Of a DNA stretch of 64,000 nt, positions 44,465 to 57,661 are shown piece after piece; the first letter of the stretch is position 1, and every line of letters starts with the position of its first letter. Source of the DNA: the human T2T-CHM13v2.0 reference genome, Homo sapiens; NCBI RefSeq assembly GCF_009914755.1, contig NC_060932.1. The stretch is one strand, 5' to 3'. The translations under genes were made by a program, and so were the position numbers. The notes under the pieces are model-generated. The model did no database searches. It was not told the DNA's origin and worked only from the letters and a program-made list of their open reading frames with translations.

Positions 44465-46090
44465 TACTCTTAGGTCAGGATTTCAGGGAAACTGACTACA
44501 TGCAGATGTTTAAACAAAAAATGCTCTAGATAATAAAATCTTTAATGGAGCAAGCATAGCTTATTGAGGCTGACACCTCAAGCCAATTTTATAGGCAGCT
44601 CTAGAGATAAAATGGCCTTTCACAAATGTCCCATATTGAAGAAAGGAGATCATGCCTTTGTCATCCAGCATCCTCCCTGTGGAGGGAGACAAACTTTCAC
44701 AAGGCAGCTCCGTTTAGTCTAGAAGATGTGATTCTCATAGGCAGCCCACACTTGTGGAAGTTTAGGAATAAGCTCCTTCGTCTTGAAAGCAGGACCTTTG
44801 TAGAGCACCGCCTCACAATTTTCCAATCATTCCATTCCATGTGCCTTGAACAATGAACTAAGCCATTCACACATACTTGGAAATCTGCAAATGTTCTTAT
44901 CTCAGACTTCATATATTCCTCCAGAAATTAGATAACCACGTGATCATGTATACTCTTTCAAGTTTTTCCTGTTTAGGGTGTTTTCCCCTGATGACTGTTT
45001 TCCAAGTACTTAAATGGGGCTGTAGTGTAGCAGTGTTTTATTTTCAGCATATACCCATACACTTAGCTGACCCATTACAGAACCAATTTTGGCATTTTCT
45101 CCTCCATCCGTTGATTACAAGAAACTCTTCATTTGGCCACAGATATGGGCTTGTAAAGAGCTGCAGTGTGATGGATCATTTGGGAATCTGGGTCATGGCT
45201 CGTGCACTTCACTTAAGCTCTCTGGCCCTGATCTCACTTAATTCTAAATGAACCAGTTTGTTCTCCCTGAACCTTATAAGTTTTAGGATGTAAGAAAAGA
45301 CAGCCTATGATAGGCAATTCTGCTTGACAAGTCATGATCAGATATTCATCATTACATTTCTTAGGATGATTAGAACTGTTTATGGTAATATGTATAATTT
45401 TCTGCTGCAAGTGGTATAGGCGTATGCCAGAACATTCTGGGAACTACTAGAAACTCCACGTGGGTTCTTTTTCCACCTAGGATAACTAATAATATCAGTT
45501 GCAATTAAGTATAAGTAAGGGAATAAGTAAGCTACATAGGGTCTGCTTGTTTGTATGGCCCATTTAGCAAGGCATTTTCTAGATCATGAAGAAGTCCACC
45601 ATATATCATCTTTTCTTCTTTGGTTGGAGGTATGAGACACTATAATTTTTATTTTGGACAAAATGTCCCTGCATGCTCCAGACCACCGATGTGTAAGGTC
45701 CTGGAGTGTTGATAGAATTCATCTCCCATCTTGTGGAATGCATGCATCTCACCAAAGTTCTTGCTGCACCTTGCTCTTTCAATCTATTTAGCCTGATGTC
45801 AGCAAGATAGAGGATAAATGTCATATTCTAAGAAATGTTCAGATTGTCCATGTTCTTCCATACTGAAACATCAAGTTAGAGATCTAACAAAGACTTAAGA
45901 CAAAACTTTAAAATTATAACTATTAGTCCTACTAGGTAAATGTGAACTTCTCCTCTTCCTCTTTCTTTGTATGTCTGGAAAAGCACATTTGCCAGATCCA
46001 TGGCTGCAGAGCACGTGCTTGAAGCTATTTTAATCTGCTCCTGAAATTGATACTACACTGGCACACGATAAAAATTGGAGCTAGTGCTTG
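44465..46090 (-). mobile_element. Ancient ERVL-class provirus fragment: pol/RT remnant at about 45400-46080, possible LTR at about 44465-44800
   Basis: Minus-strand translations EQIKIASSTCSAAMDLANVLF and YLADIRL...EQGAARTLVRCMHSTRWEMN...PGPYTSV resemble ERVL RT (EQINTSPGTWYAAIDLANAFF; YIDDIML...RGWEINPTKIQGPSTSV). Confidence 0.75.
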
Positions 46091-46129
46091 ACTGTTACTG
46101 TGATAATCCACTGTTCTGTGCCAGGATCT

Positions 46130-47310
46130 ATCTTCATTGTTTCTCTCAAGAAATTGGTTGTCATTCTAATTTTTTTCTCTTGTATGTAATATGTCTTTTT
46201 CTCTGGCATCTTAAAAGATATTATCTTCATTCGTGGTTTTCAGAAGTGTCTTTATATTGTACTTATTATGGCTTCATTTGCATTTTTCTGATTGTATAAA
46301 CTTTTTTGCATTTTTGAACATAATGATTTATCAAGTTTTGAATATTAAATCAATATTTTACAAAATACATTTCTAATTCCTGCATTTCATCTTTTGGGCC
46401 TTAAATTACATGTATGTCAGACTGCCCTAGATTATCTCAGATCAATTGGGCTCTATCTTTTTTAGTTGTTTTTGCTGTTTACATTAGTTTAGATTGTTTT
46501 TATTGCTAAGCATTTAATTATTAATATATTTATTTTTTCTTCTCCTTTCTCTAAACTGCTTTTAATTTCATTCTGTATAATTTTAATTTCTGTTATTGTA
46601 TTTTTCATCTCCAGTAGCTTGATTTGAGTCACTTTTATCTTTTCCATTTTTCACTTCATTACATTCATTTTTCTTGTTCGTAATAGCTGCTGTAAAGTCC
46701 TTGCCTGCTTCTTTCACCAATCTTATCATTTCTCATCATTTTCTATCATTACTGTAATTATAATTTATCTACTTCTTTACATTTATTTATCTTATAAGTT
46801 CTATTATTTGAGTATTATTTCTCCCAGAATTTTTCTTGATGTCTTTTAATTTTATATTTATATTTTTCATTATCTATGTTGTTTCTTTCTCTACTAATTG
46901 AATTTATTCTTCTTAAGGGCCACAATTTCCTACCTTTGCATGATGGTATATTTGATTGGACATTTGGTATCATAACTATTATACTTTTGAGTGATTGTGT
47001 TTTTTTTTCCTGTAAATGGTGATGTTCTTTGCTTCTACTGACAATTTATTTGTGAATTGATTGAATTTTTTTAAGTTTTCCTAAAGTGTTTTAGTAACAG
47101 CTGACTTGGACTATTTTAGCTGTACAACTGAAACATTGCAACTGTGAAGTTTTCACTAAATGTCCAGGTGTCTTTACATTTGCAAATTCTAACATAAGCA
47201 TCTTTTAGCCCTTTGTGTGTTCTGTGACTCTAGGGTTTATCTTGCCTGCTTTCCATAACTTGGGAATCCTAATCCTCTGCTACATGTTTTTACAGCCTCT
47301 GAAAATAATA
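46130..47310 (-). mobile_element. Old L1M internal fragment (L1-like sequence also at about 49100-50050)
   Basis: T-rich antisense L1-like motifs (aattacatgtatgtcagactgc, ttgtatttttcatctccagtag, taatagctgctgtaaagtccttg). Confidence 0.5.
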
Positions 47311-47321
47311 AATTCATATAC

Positions 47322-49082
47322 TGATATGGTTTGGCTGTGTCACCACCCAAATCTCATCTTGAATTCCCATGTATAGTGGGAGGGACCTGGTGGGAGGTAA
47401 TTGAATCATGAAGGCAGGTCTTTTCCCGTGCTGTTCTCATGATGGTGAATAAGTCTCATGAGATCTGATGGTTTTATAAGGAGGAGTTTACCTGCATAAG
47501 CTTTCTTTGCCTGCTGCCATCCACATAAGATGTGACTTGCTCCTCCTTGCCTTCCACCAGGATTGTGAGGCCTCCTCCTTATAACGGAAGCAGAGCATAA
47601 AAGCTCGAAAAATTTTCAGCCTGACAATGTGACAGAAAAGAAAATTCCATTTACTGAGGAAAAATCCAAGCCAACTGCAAAAATTTGCATAAGTAATGAG
47701 GAGCCGAATGTTAATCCCCAAGACAATGGAAAAAATGTCTCCATGGCATGTCAGAGGTCTTCACAGAAGCCCCTCCTATCACAGGGGCCTAGGAGAAAAA
47801 AGTGGTTTCAGGGTCCAGGCCCAGGGTCCCCATGCTGTGTACAGTCTAGGAACTTGTTGCCCTGCATCCCAGCCACTCCAGCCATGGCTGAAAGGGGCCA
47901 ATGTAGAGTTTGGGCTGTGGCTTCAGAGGGTGCAAGCTGTAAGCCTTGGCAGCTTCCACATGGTGTTGAGCCTGCCAGTGCATAGAAATCAAGAATTCAG
48001 GTTTTTAACCTTCACCTAGACTTCAGAAGTTGTATGGAAAGGCTTCGATGCCCAGGCAGAAGTTTTCTGCAGGGACAGGGCCCTCATGGAGAAACTCTGC
48101 TAGGGCAATGCAGAAGAAAAATGTGGGGTCAGAGCCCCCACACAGAGTCCCTACTTGAGCACCACATAGTGGAGCCGTGAGAAGAGTGCTACCGTCTTGG
48201 AGACCCCAGAATGATAGATCCACTCATAGCTTGCATTGTGTGCCTGGAAAAGTCGCAGACACTCAATGCAAGCCCATGAAAGAAGCCGGGAGGGAGACCA
48301 TGCCCTGCAAAGCCACAGAGGCGAAGCTGCCCAGGACCATGGGAGCCTACCTTTTGCATCAGTTTGACCTGGATGTGAGACATGGAGTGAAAGGAGATCA
48401 TTTTGGAGCTTTAAGATTTGACTGCCCTGCTGGATTTTGGACTTTCATGGGGCCTGTAGTTCCTGTTTGTTTGTTTTTCCAACTTCTCCCATTTGGAATG
48501 GCTATATTTACCCAATGCCTGTACCCCCATTGTATCTGGGAAGTAACTAACTTGCTTTTGATTTTACAGGCTTACAGGCGGAACGAACTTGCATTGTCTT
48601 GGATGAGACTTTGAACTGGACTTTTGAGTCAATGCTGACAGGACTTAAGACTTTGGGGGACTCTTGGGAAGGCATGATTGGTTTTGAAATGTGAGGACAT
48701 GAAATTTGATAAGCGCCAGGGACAGAATGATATGGTATGGCTGTGTCCTCACCCAAATCTCATCTTGAATTCCTGCGTGTGTTGGTAGGGAGCCAGTGGG
48801 AGGTAATTGAAACATGGGGGCAAGTCTTTTCTCATGTTTGTTCTTGTGATGGTGAATAAGTCTCACAAGAACTGATGGTGTTATAAGGAGGAGTTTCCCT
48901 GCACAAGTTTTCTTTGCCTGCCACAATCCACGTAAGATGTAACTTGCTCTTCCTTGCCTTCCACCATGATTGTGAGACCTCCACAGCCATGTGGAACTGT
49001 AAGTCCAATTAAACCTCTTTCTTTTGTAAATTGCCCAGTCTCAGGTATGTTTTTATCATCAGCCTGAAAATGGACAAATGTA
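47322..49082 (+). mobile_element. THE1B-like MaLR provirus: truncated 5' LTR 47322-~47576, internal ~47577-48727, 3' LTR 48728-49082
   Basis: Two LTRs starting tgatatggt(t/a)tggctgtgtc, THE1-int sequence between them, and a 5-bp TSD tatac (47317-47321, 49083-49087). Confidence 0.95.
47398..47408 (+). promoter_or_regulatory. DUX4-type motif TAATTGAATCA in the THE1B 5' LTR
   Basis: Exact match to TAAYBBAATCA; the 3' LTR copy is mutated (taattgaaaca). Confidence 0.5.
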
Positions 49083-52000
49083 TATACTTTACCACTCTTT
49101 TAAACTACAGTAGTAAAGTAATTCTATTACAAATTACTCCAACAGAGCCAGAAACAGAATTCCTCTACCTCTTCTAATTATATTTTGCACCCTTTTTCAT
49201 ATTGCATTCTCTGGAGAAATCAAAATTAACAATTTGGTGTGCACCATTCCTTATATTTACTTATAGGTAGGATAATTTTAAATTTCGGCTGATACTATAA
49301 ATATTTCTAAGAAGCATTATTTTACCTATTATAAAAATATTAATCATATTTCCAATTTTAGGTGATAAAAATGTAAATTATCATATCACTTTACTTTGCT
49401 ATTTGTTCTATCTAAAATGTATTTAAAATTTATTTTCTTTTTTGGATTTCAGAAATTTCACCAGCATATGTTATTTGTTACTTTTTCAGTATTACTCCTG
49501 AAGTTTTGTGTAAACCTTTTCAACTGAAACACAATTCCATCAATGGTGTAGAAAGCTTTCTTCATTCATTCCTGTTCTTATTATTTCTCCTCCATCTGTT
49601 GATGTTTACTATATTGTAACTTCTATTATTTAAATATTTGCTCTCCTGGAACTCTTTGTCATGTCTTTTAACCTTATCTCTGTGTTTTTCAAATCATTCT
49701 AATTTCATTCCAGGGTGTGTGCCATATTTTATTTGTTTTGTATTTCAAAATATAAAGTTATTTTGTATCTCTTTCTGAAAGAGGTGATTTCTTTAAATTT
49801 ATTTTATAATTTCTAAATTTATTTTGTGTAACTTAATGTTTTTCTGGAATCTTTTGTTTGGTTTGGTTTTCTCTTTTGCTTTCACTAAGCTCTCCTTTAT
49901 GGCAATATACTTATGTATTTATATTGGTCTTCTTTCTTCTTTTTATTATTTCAGTCATGATACTTCAGCCATTGTGTGTGGTATCTTTCAACATTTGTTT
50001 TGGCTTTTCAGACTAAACAGACAATAAAAATAATACCTGAGTATTTTCCTCAGTGGCCTGATGTTGACTAGATGAACAAATAGTACTCCTTTCTTTTTAG
50101 GGGCAGCCTATGTTGAAAGACCCATCTTTTTTCAAATATAATATGTAAAAGGTTATTGGCAAGTTGACATTAATCCTCTATCAATGCTAAAAGAATATAA
50201 AATCTTAATCTTCCTACAGTTACAGCTAGGGATGTCATACTGATCTGCTCAGAAAATCAAGAGATTGGTTAGACTCACCCTATAGCTTTTTCTAAGGTAC
50301 AGAGGTCTTCATAATTTCCTTGATGCCAAAAACATTAAATACCTACATGTGCATTTCTTTTGGCCCTATTTAGAACTCATATTCTAAAATGTAATGAGGA
50401 TCTTCAGACTCAAAAAATTTGTGATGGTTAATTTGGTTGCTAAATTATACTACCAGAGAGGTAGAAGAGGAGACAGATATGTTTAAGTTACATTCATTCC
50501 AATAATTAGTGTACGTACTTATGCTAATACATTTTGTATTCCCTAATGGTATAACATGAGTTTGAAGATACAATAGTTGTCATTCTGTTAGAGATTAATA
50601 ATAAAAATATCACATAAGTCTCAGATATCAATCTCAAACTTAGCAATCATGTTCCTAAACATTTGAATTACAGCATAAATTAATTTCCCTAAATGAATTT
50701 GAAGTGATTTATACAACTGACTTTAATGATTTATGTAAGTAAAATGTATGTGCTTTTAAAAGATAAGTACTATAAAAAGTATAACTTAACAATCAAAGAC
50801 AATTGAGCACACTGCACTTACAAAAGAGTATTTTAGTATCTTAGTGCTTAGGTGACTAACATTTATATAAATAAGAGTGAAGTGTAAGAAAACAAGAAGA
50901 TTTGAAAAATTCTAAATATTTGATAGAGTTTCTCTGAGAGAGGGAGCTTATTTTGTTTAGTGTGCTTTATACGTTACTTCAGATCTGGACACACAAATAT
51001 ATGTTTGTTCATATGAAATTAACAGAAATTCTGCATGGGCACTAAATATTGAATGTTGAAAGACTGCGAAAAAAGTCACATAATAACAAACCTCAGGTAT
51101 TGGAGATGGCCAAGAAACTGAGAATTCAAGGCCAGGAATACCTAATATTTTAGAGTTAAGTTCCTTTTTGCATTGCAATGCAAAAATTCTTTTAAGGGAA
51201 TGTCTTTCTATATAAATTCCTTTCATTTCCCTATATTTTAAGTGGAAACATTCTTCCCATATGAATCTAAATGATTAGAGTGATTTCATGAAAATATTAG
51301 GGTAGTGTCCCATTTGAAGTCACCAAATATAAAAAAAATGGAGAGCACTTGTTTTGAATTACAACAACCCATAAACAGAAACGACTGAAAGGAATCAGAA
51401 ACTGAGAGACAGAGATGGTAAGTAACATTTGGCATACAGCAGCACTATTACCAAGTTTAAGGATTAGGGTTGAATTTCATCTGGGACTAAATGAAAAGTT
51501 TCACAAGTAGAAAAATGTGTTTAGCAATATAAAGCCAGCACTGGTGAAGAGCTTGAAATGCAGAAGTGACTATTGTGGAACAAAATAATTTCTAGAGGAA
51601 ATGTGAATGGACTGGGAGAGGAGAAGTATTGAAAGAAACCATACAGTCAAAACAAATTACAGGAAGAGGTGCTGAAATATCGGTCACAGCAAGAATTCTT
51701 AGTGGAGTATGAGCAAAATTAATTCTAAGTATGTTAATTTAGAATCTAAGAACTGAATTTAACCTTTAAAAATCTTATATATTTGTGTTATAAACTTTAA
51801 TCCTGAGTCTTCTTAATACGAACTACAAGTAAATTAACTTTTTAAGCTTGTTCTGGTAAGGTAGGCTCACACCTTCACATGGATCTTACAGAGTTTTTGA
51901 AAGGGTGTAACTACCACCAGTAAAGAAAAACTAAGGTAATTAGATGATTTGAAGAAACCTTAGAAAGAATGACCTACAAGGAAGTGTAGAACCAACCTCA

Positions 52001-52894
52001 ATAAGAAAATAAAATAAATTATAGCAATTTTTCATTGTGTTAGCATCTTATAAAATGTGTATTTTGTTAAGTGTACTCAATGACACACTAATATGAAATG
52101 TTACATAATTTCTGGAAATTTTCCTTCTAAAGATACCATGCTTCTTTGTTAAAAGTCTCATTAAAAATGGGTACAAATATCTTGAAAACTATCCACACTT
52201 CCAAATATTGTTATTTAATTAATTTTCACTGTTTACTTTTTCACTTGTCTATTTTTTCTCTTTTCACTATTTCATCTTATTTTACAATCAAATTCATTAC
52301 AATATCCTGTATTTGTCTTAAGTCCTTCTTGCTACTTCTTTGTAGTTCTCTTTTGTTTCAATTTCCATCTAATCTATTCTCTTACACATATTAAATAAAC
52401 ATTTTATGTGATATCATCTATTAGCTAATGTCTTATTTTTTCCTCAGTTATGAGATTATGCTTGTCATGTTTGTATGCCACTGGAAAGAGGGAATTATAA
52501 CCAGAAACTAATTATACAAAAAGAAAAATTATGCATTATTTCTAATACATGCATACACTATGTATCTAATATATTTATATGATACATATCTATCTATCTA
52601 TCTACCTACCTACTTATCTATATGGCATAGCTAACAAGAGCCAGGTTGCTGACACAAGTCTTTTTTATTCTATCATTATTTCCAAGTAGCCATGTTGTAT
52701 GGTGAATTCCCATGAATTTGTCTGCAGTAAGTCAATAAGCTGATTGTCAGGAATCAGAGAGACTAATATGTTATAAGAGAAGATGGAGACTTCATAGTGT
52801 GATTTTGGATGTTAAATAACTGAGACATCAATTGTGTTTTGTTTGTGAGCTGCTATGCTGTGCTCTTCATCTCCTCTGAGCCTGTCTTAGAACA

Positions 52895-53115
52895 ATGAAT
52901 GTAGCACTGTAGTGAGCCAGCCTTTGGAGACAGATTGATTGACTTTGACATTAGCTACCTGTGTGAACTTGATCAAGTAAACTTGTGTAATTAGTTTTCT
53001 TGTTAGGCAAATATACATAATACCGATCTCCACTTCATAGGAAAAATCTAAGTCTAAATTGATATAGAATAGCGCCTACCCATATTCAGTACTGCCTAAG
53101 TGGTAAATATTACCC
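52895..53115 (+). mobile_element. MIR
   Basis: cagcctttggagacaga...ctacctgtgtgaacttgatcaagt...atagaatagcgcctacccata. Confidence 0.5.
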
Positions 53116-54264
53116 AGACCTTGCTCCCTCTCTATTTTTCCCTCTCTGCCTCGGTTCCTCTCTTCCCTTTCATACACACTGGAGCAAGTAAAGTTAGGTG
53201 GGTGATATCCTAGATCCATTATTCAATAATATTTCTATGTAAAAAAAAGAAGTTGTTTGAGAGTACTCCAGAACCAATCTTAGTTTTAAATAATTTGAGC
53301 ATGATGAAATGATGAGAGTTTAGCAAATGCCATGATACATAGAGGTTGCAGTTTAAATTTAGGCACCTTCAGATAGAAGAGCAGAAATAAAGCAATGATA
53401 TTTATTCTGTGTATGATGATTATGGGAATATTTTCATGATCAGTGAAAGTAAAATGGATGTATTGCTCTTTTACCTTTGGTAGAAAATGTTAGAGCATAA
53501 ATGTCCATGGAAGAGGAACACTTTATTTGTCCCTAGAGGATAAATCGCTGAAGCAGCACAGGCCAGAATCCTGACAATTTGTGTACTAAGTCACCCACCT
53601 GTCACATGTGCAGAAATTGTTTTGTAAAATGTACCATAGCCAAGGAAGTTTTATTCAAAAGACAGAAAAAAAAATCTATGCACAGCAAACAATTTGTCAA
53701 ATTTCTTTTAGAAGTATGAGCTCTGAACATATGGAGCAGTATCAGTCATTAAAGAAAAATGAAACTGCAATGTGTCTACAAAAACGCTTTTCTGGTAGAA
53801 AGAGCTAGTTGTCTGTGTGTATCCCTTAAAAGAATATTCAATATCTGTAGAAAAAAACGAATATAATGGTCAATTTCCAGTATGTACCTGGGCATCCTAA
53901 AAGTGTTGACTTTGTGCTATTACATAGTATTAAAGTAGCATAATATCATTAAGATAAAATGTTTACTACAGTGCTACCTTTGCAAGTGTCCTAGTTCTAC
54001 ATTCTGTATCAGACAGCTTGAATTTAAAAATGTAATTACATTTGTTCAATAATCCATACCAGTCTACACGTAATGCATCTATTTTTGACAATTTATTGGA
54101 TTTAATACAGCGAATGTGTCATTTATTTCATATCATGTTTTATAAATAGAACAAAGTATGTATTTTATACTTTAAAGATTTTAAAGTAGTTATCAACTAA
54201 TTCCCTACCGTGTAATTTTTATAATGATGCCTGTGTAACATCAGTTTAAGAATTTAATAATGTA

Positions 54265-54560
54265 GGCCAGGCCGGCGGCTCACCCCCGTAATCCCTGCAC
54301 TTTGGGAGGCCGAGATGGGCAGATCACCTGAGGTAAGGAGTTCAAGACCAGTCTCGCCAAACATGGTGAAACCCTGTCTCTACCAAAAAATACAAAACTT
54401 AGCCAGGCATGGTGGAAGGTGCCTATAGTCCCAGCTACTCAGGAAGCTGAGGCAGGTAAATCACTTGAACCCAGGAGGCAGAGGTTGCAGTGAGCTGAGA
54501 CGGTCCCCCCTCCAGCCTGGGGGACAGAGCGAGACCCCGTCCCCAAAAAGAAAGAAAGAA
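54265..54560 (+). mobile_element. AluSx/Sz-like element with (GAAA)n tail
   Basis: gcagatcacctgaggtaaggagttcaagacc; degenerate TSD aagaat(t/g)taataat. Confidence 0.92.
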
Positions 54561-55002
54561 AGAATGTAATAATTGATTAATTATATTTCCTTTTTCTATA
54601 GTGATTATACTTCAATGTTTTTACATAGTAATAGCAGGATGTTGTTTAACAAACCTGAAATCCAAAGTCAGGAAATCTGAATTTCTGCATTCAAGCACAA
54701 TTTCAGCACATATTATTAATGTTAAATTTTATTTTTAAATACGTCAACTCCTGTGAACCTCAATGCCCACATATATGGAATAATACAATTAATATTTTTG
54801 GTACATATTTTGTGTTAGATATAGGGCTCACAAATGTGTACTCATTAATGATATGAGGTATAGTTTTGCTGTCTTTCCTTATTAAAATGAGAAACCAGGC
54901 TTAGTAATTTTTCCAAGGTTACAGAGCTCCTGGTAGGGCCAGGATATTGACTCAGGCATTTTTCCTGCAGAACTTACAATCTTAAAAAATGGAGTGTCCT
55001 AT

Positions 55003-55452
55003 TTGTGTTAGATTGGCAACAGTAATGGCCCTGGAGTTTCACTCCTCCTTGTATTTATACTCTTGTGTAGTCAAGGTGTAATTCTCTGCACCTCAGCTTG
55101 ACCATGTGTTCTGCCTTGGCTAATGTAGGGACCCAGGTAACAAATATCACATAAGTAGAGTTATGAATAGCAATTATACATTGGGCCTTGTGCTTCTGCC
55201 CTCTTGAAGAGAAGATCATGTCCCAGTCCAATCTGCTTACTCTGAAAGGAGGATGAGAGAAATGTGACAGACACTGAGCCCAGATGTCCCATTTATCTCA
55301 GCCAGACAGCCTTGATAAGCTAAGCCCCACTGAGATCAGTGAATTTCAGCCAATGACACATGAGCTATAATTATACAGTATTGTATTATTTTTGTAATAT
55401 TAGTATGAGTTTGGGAATATTTCTTATAACCCAATAGCTAAAAGATAGACTA
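55003..55452 (+). mobile_element. MLT1-family MaLR LTR
   Basis: tgtgttaga...aatggccc...cttgaccatgtgttctgccttggctaatg...aatagctaaaagata. Confidence 0.6.
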
Positions 55453-57162
55453 CATCTCTAACTATAACATAAGAGGAATATTTACATCTCAGGTTTATGG
55501 AAAGGCCAAAATTTGAAAATATTTATATGTGGGAATAGGTATTCAGAAATGTGTTATTTTTACTTACTCTGATTTATACAATTTTCTAAAGAGTTTTTCA
55601 GGTGGTTTGAGAGGGCAAAATAAACTGTAATTTGGACACTACTCCCCCACTTTCTGTGAACATTGTTTATCAGAGATTACATTAACTCTTAAAACCTAAG
55701 GGCTTAACAGATATTTGACAATTACCCGGAAATCTTCACCCAGCTTCACTTCCAACACTGAAATATAATGGCCGATTGGATAAACATCTGATCAGTCATT
55801 CTATTTCTTCTTTGAATCAAATTCTATATATGCCTCTTTTTCTTTAATAGCATTCACACTGGCATAATGCAAACTTTCATCAACGCTTTCTAAGGCTGGA
55901 TTAACAGTTCCAAGACCTATAAATAGACTACCAGGAAGTTGGTGCTTTTAGGCTAGCTACTTTCAAGTTAATCATCAATGCTCCCACTAGAATGATCTTT
56001 ATAGCAAACAAATATGCACATCTGACTCAGATATTTTCAGAGACTAAGCATGTTTTATTGGATACATTCTAAATTATTTTGCATCACATAAAATACCTGT
56101 ATATTTCTCTTTAGTTTCAATTCCTAACATTTTCCCATATTACACAACAGCCTTTGTCCCCCAAACACAAAATAAGCAAATCACAAGGTTCTGGATGAGC
56201 AGAGTTTCTTAACTATTTTATTTCTTGGCATATGCTAAGTCTTTACTGATTTGTATATAACAATACATTTTTCTGCAAATATTTTTTTCTTTCTTGGACC
56301 TAAGATAACTACAATTAATCTCTTTAATTCTCTACTCATATTATTAATTCTTAATCTATCTTCCCTATCTTTCTTTATTGCTCTCACTGCAGCTCTATTC
56401 AGAAAATATTTTTTCCTTTATAATTAATGTTATCTTCTCTAGAATATGTATTTCATAATGATCATATATGTTCTTTCTTTCTATCTGATTACATAGCACT
56501 TGAATATAATAAAGGTTTCACCAACTATTGGCTAAACACATTAAGTAAGTGATTATATAATTCATAGACAATCTATTCATATTTATTGATGTGTTTTTTT
56601 GAATAAAAGTAATCAAATTCCTATGCTATAAACTTGATAACCTGACAATTATTTAAGTTATGATGCGTATGTATGGAGTTGTATAAAATATTGGACTAAG
56701 TTACCATCTCTAAACTGACCTCAAAGTGTTGCAAAATTAACTAATAGTAAATCATAACAGATACTTACTATTAATATTTTGAGAATGTGAAGAGAGGATG
56801 TAAAAATTCTAAGTAGATATTCTGGATGGGTTGAATTTGCATGCTTACAATGAAATTTTATCATTGCACAAAGATGGGCTTCACCTCAGTGTTATTTTTA
56901 AGAGAAATAGTATTCTTTCATATGTCATATTGGAAGACTATCAGAAATTTATGGAATTATTCATGACAATTAGACTTTCTAATTCATGACATAGTTTGAC
57001 CCAGCTAACATTTAAGCTCCCTGTGATGAATTAAAAAGTCAAGGGAGGAATTAATGTATAATGATGAATCCCCTCTATTTTTGCTGGACATTAAGTCTAT
57101 TTACATGTAAGCTTGATTCTAATTTTGTGAAACATAACCTTAGTTTTAGCCAAACAAAGTCA

Positions 57163-57483
<321 letters not shown>

Positions 57484-57581
57484 TCAAAGTATAGGCAAAT
57501 TTATTGTTAACAAATAGTTATTGAGCACTCTCTCTCCACCTATGCAACAATGTAGAGGAAGCATCACAGTAAGATTATGGG

Positions 57582-57610
57582 ATATATATATATATATATT
57601 TACATTTTTA

Positions 57611-57658
<48 letters not shown>
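57582..57658. repeat. (TA)n microsatellite, two blocks
   Basis: Direct reading; about 20 uninterrupted TA units in the second block. Confidence 0.95.

Positions 57659-57661
<3 letters not shown>

Noticed and set aside
47629-48926. Cluster of 70-145 aa ORFs
   Set aside because: Read-through of GC-richer THE1 internal and LTR sequence; fragmented.
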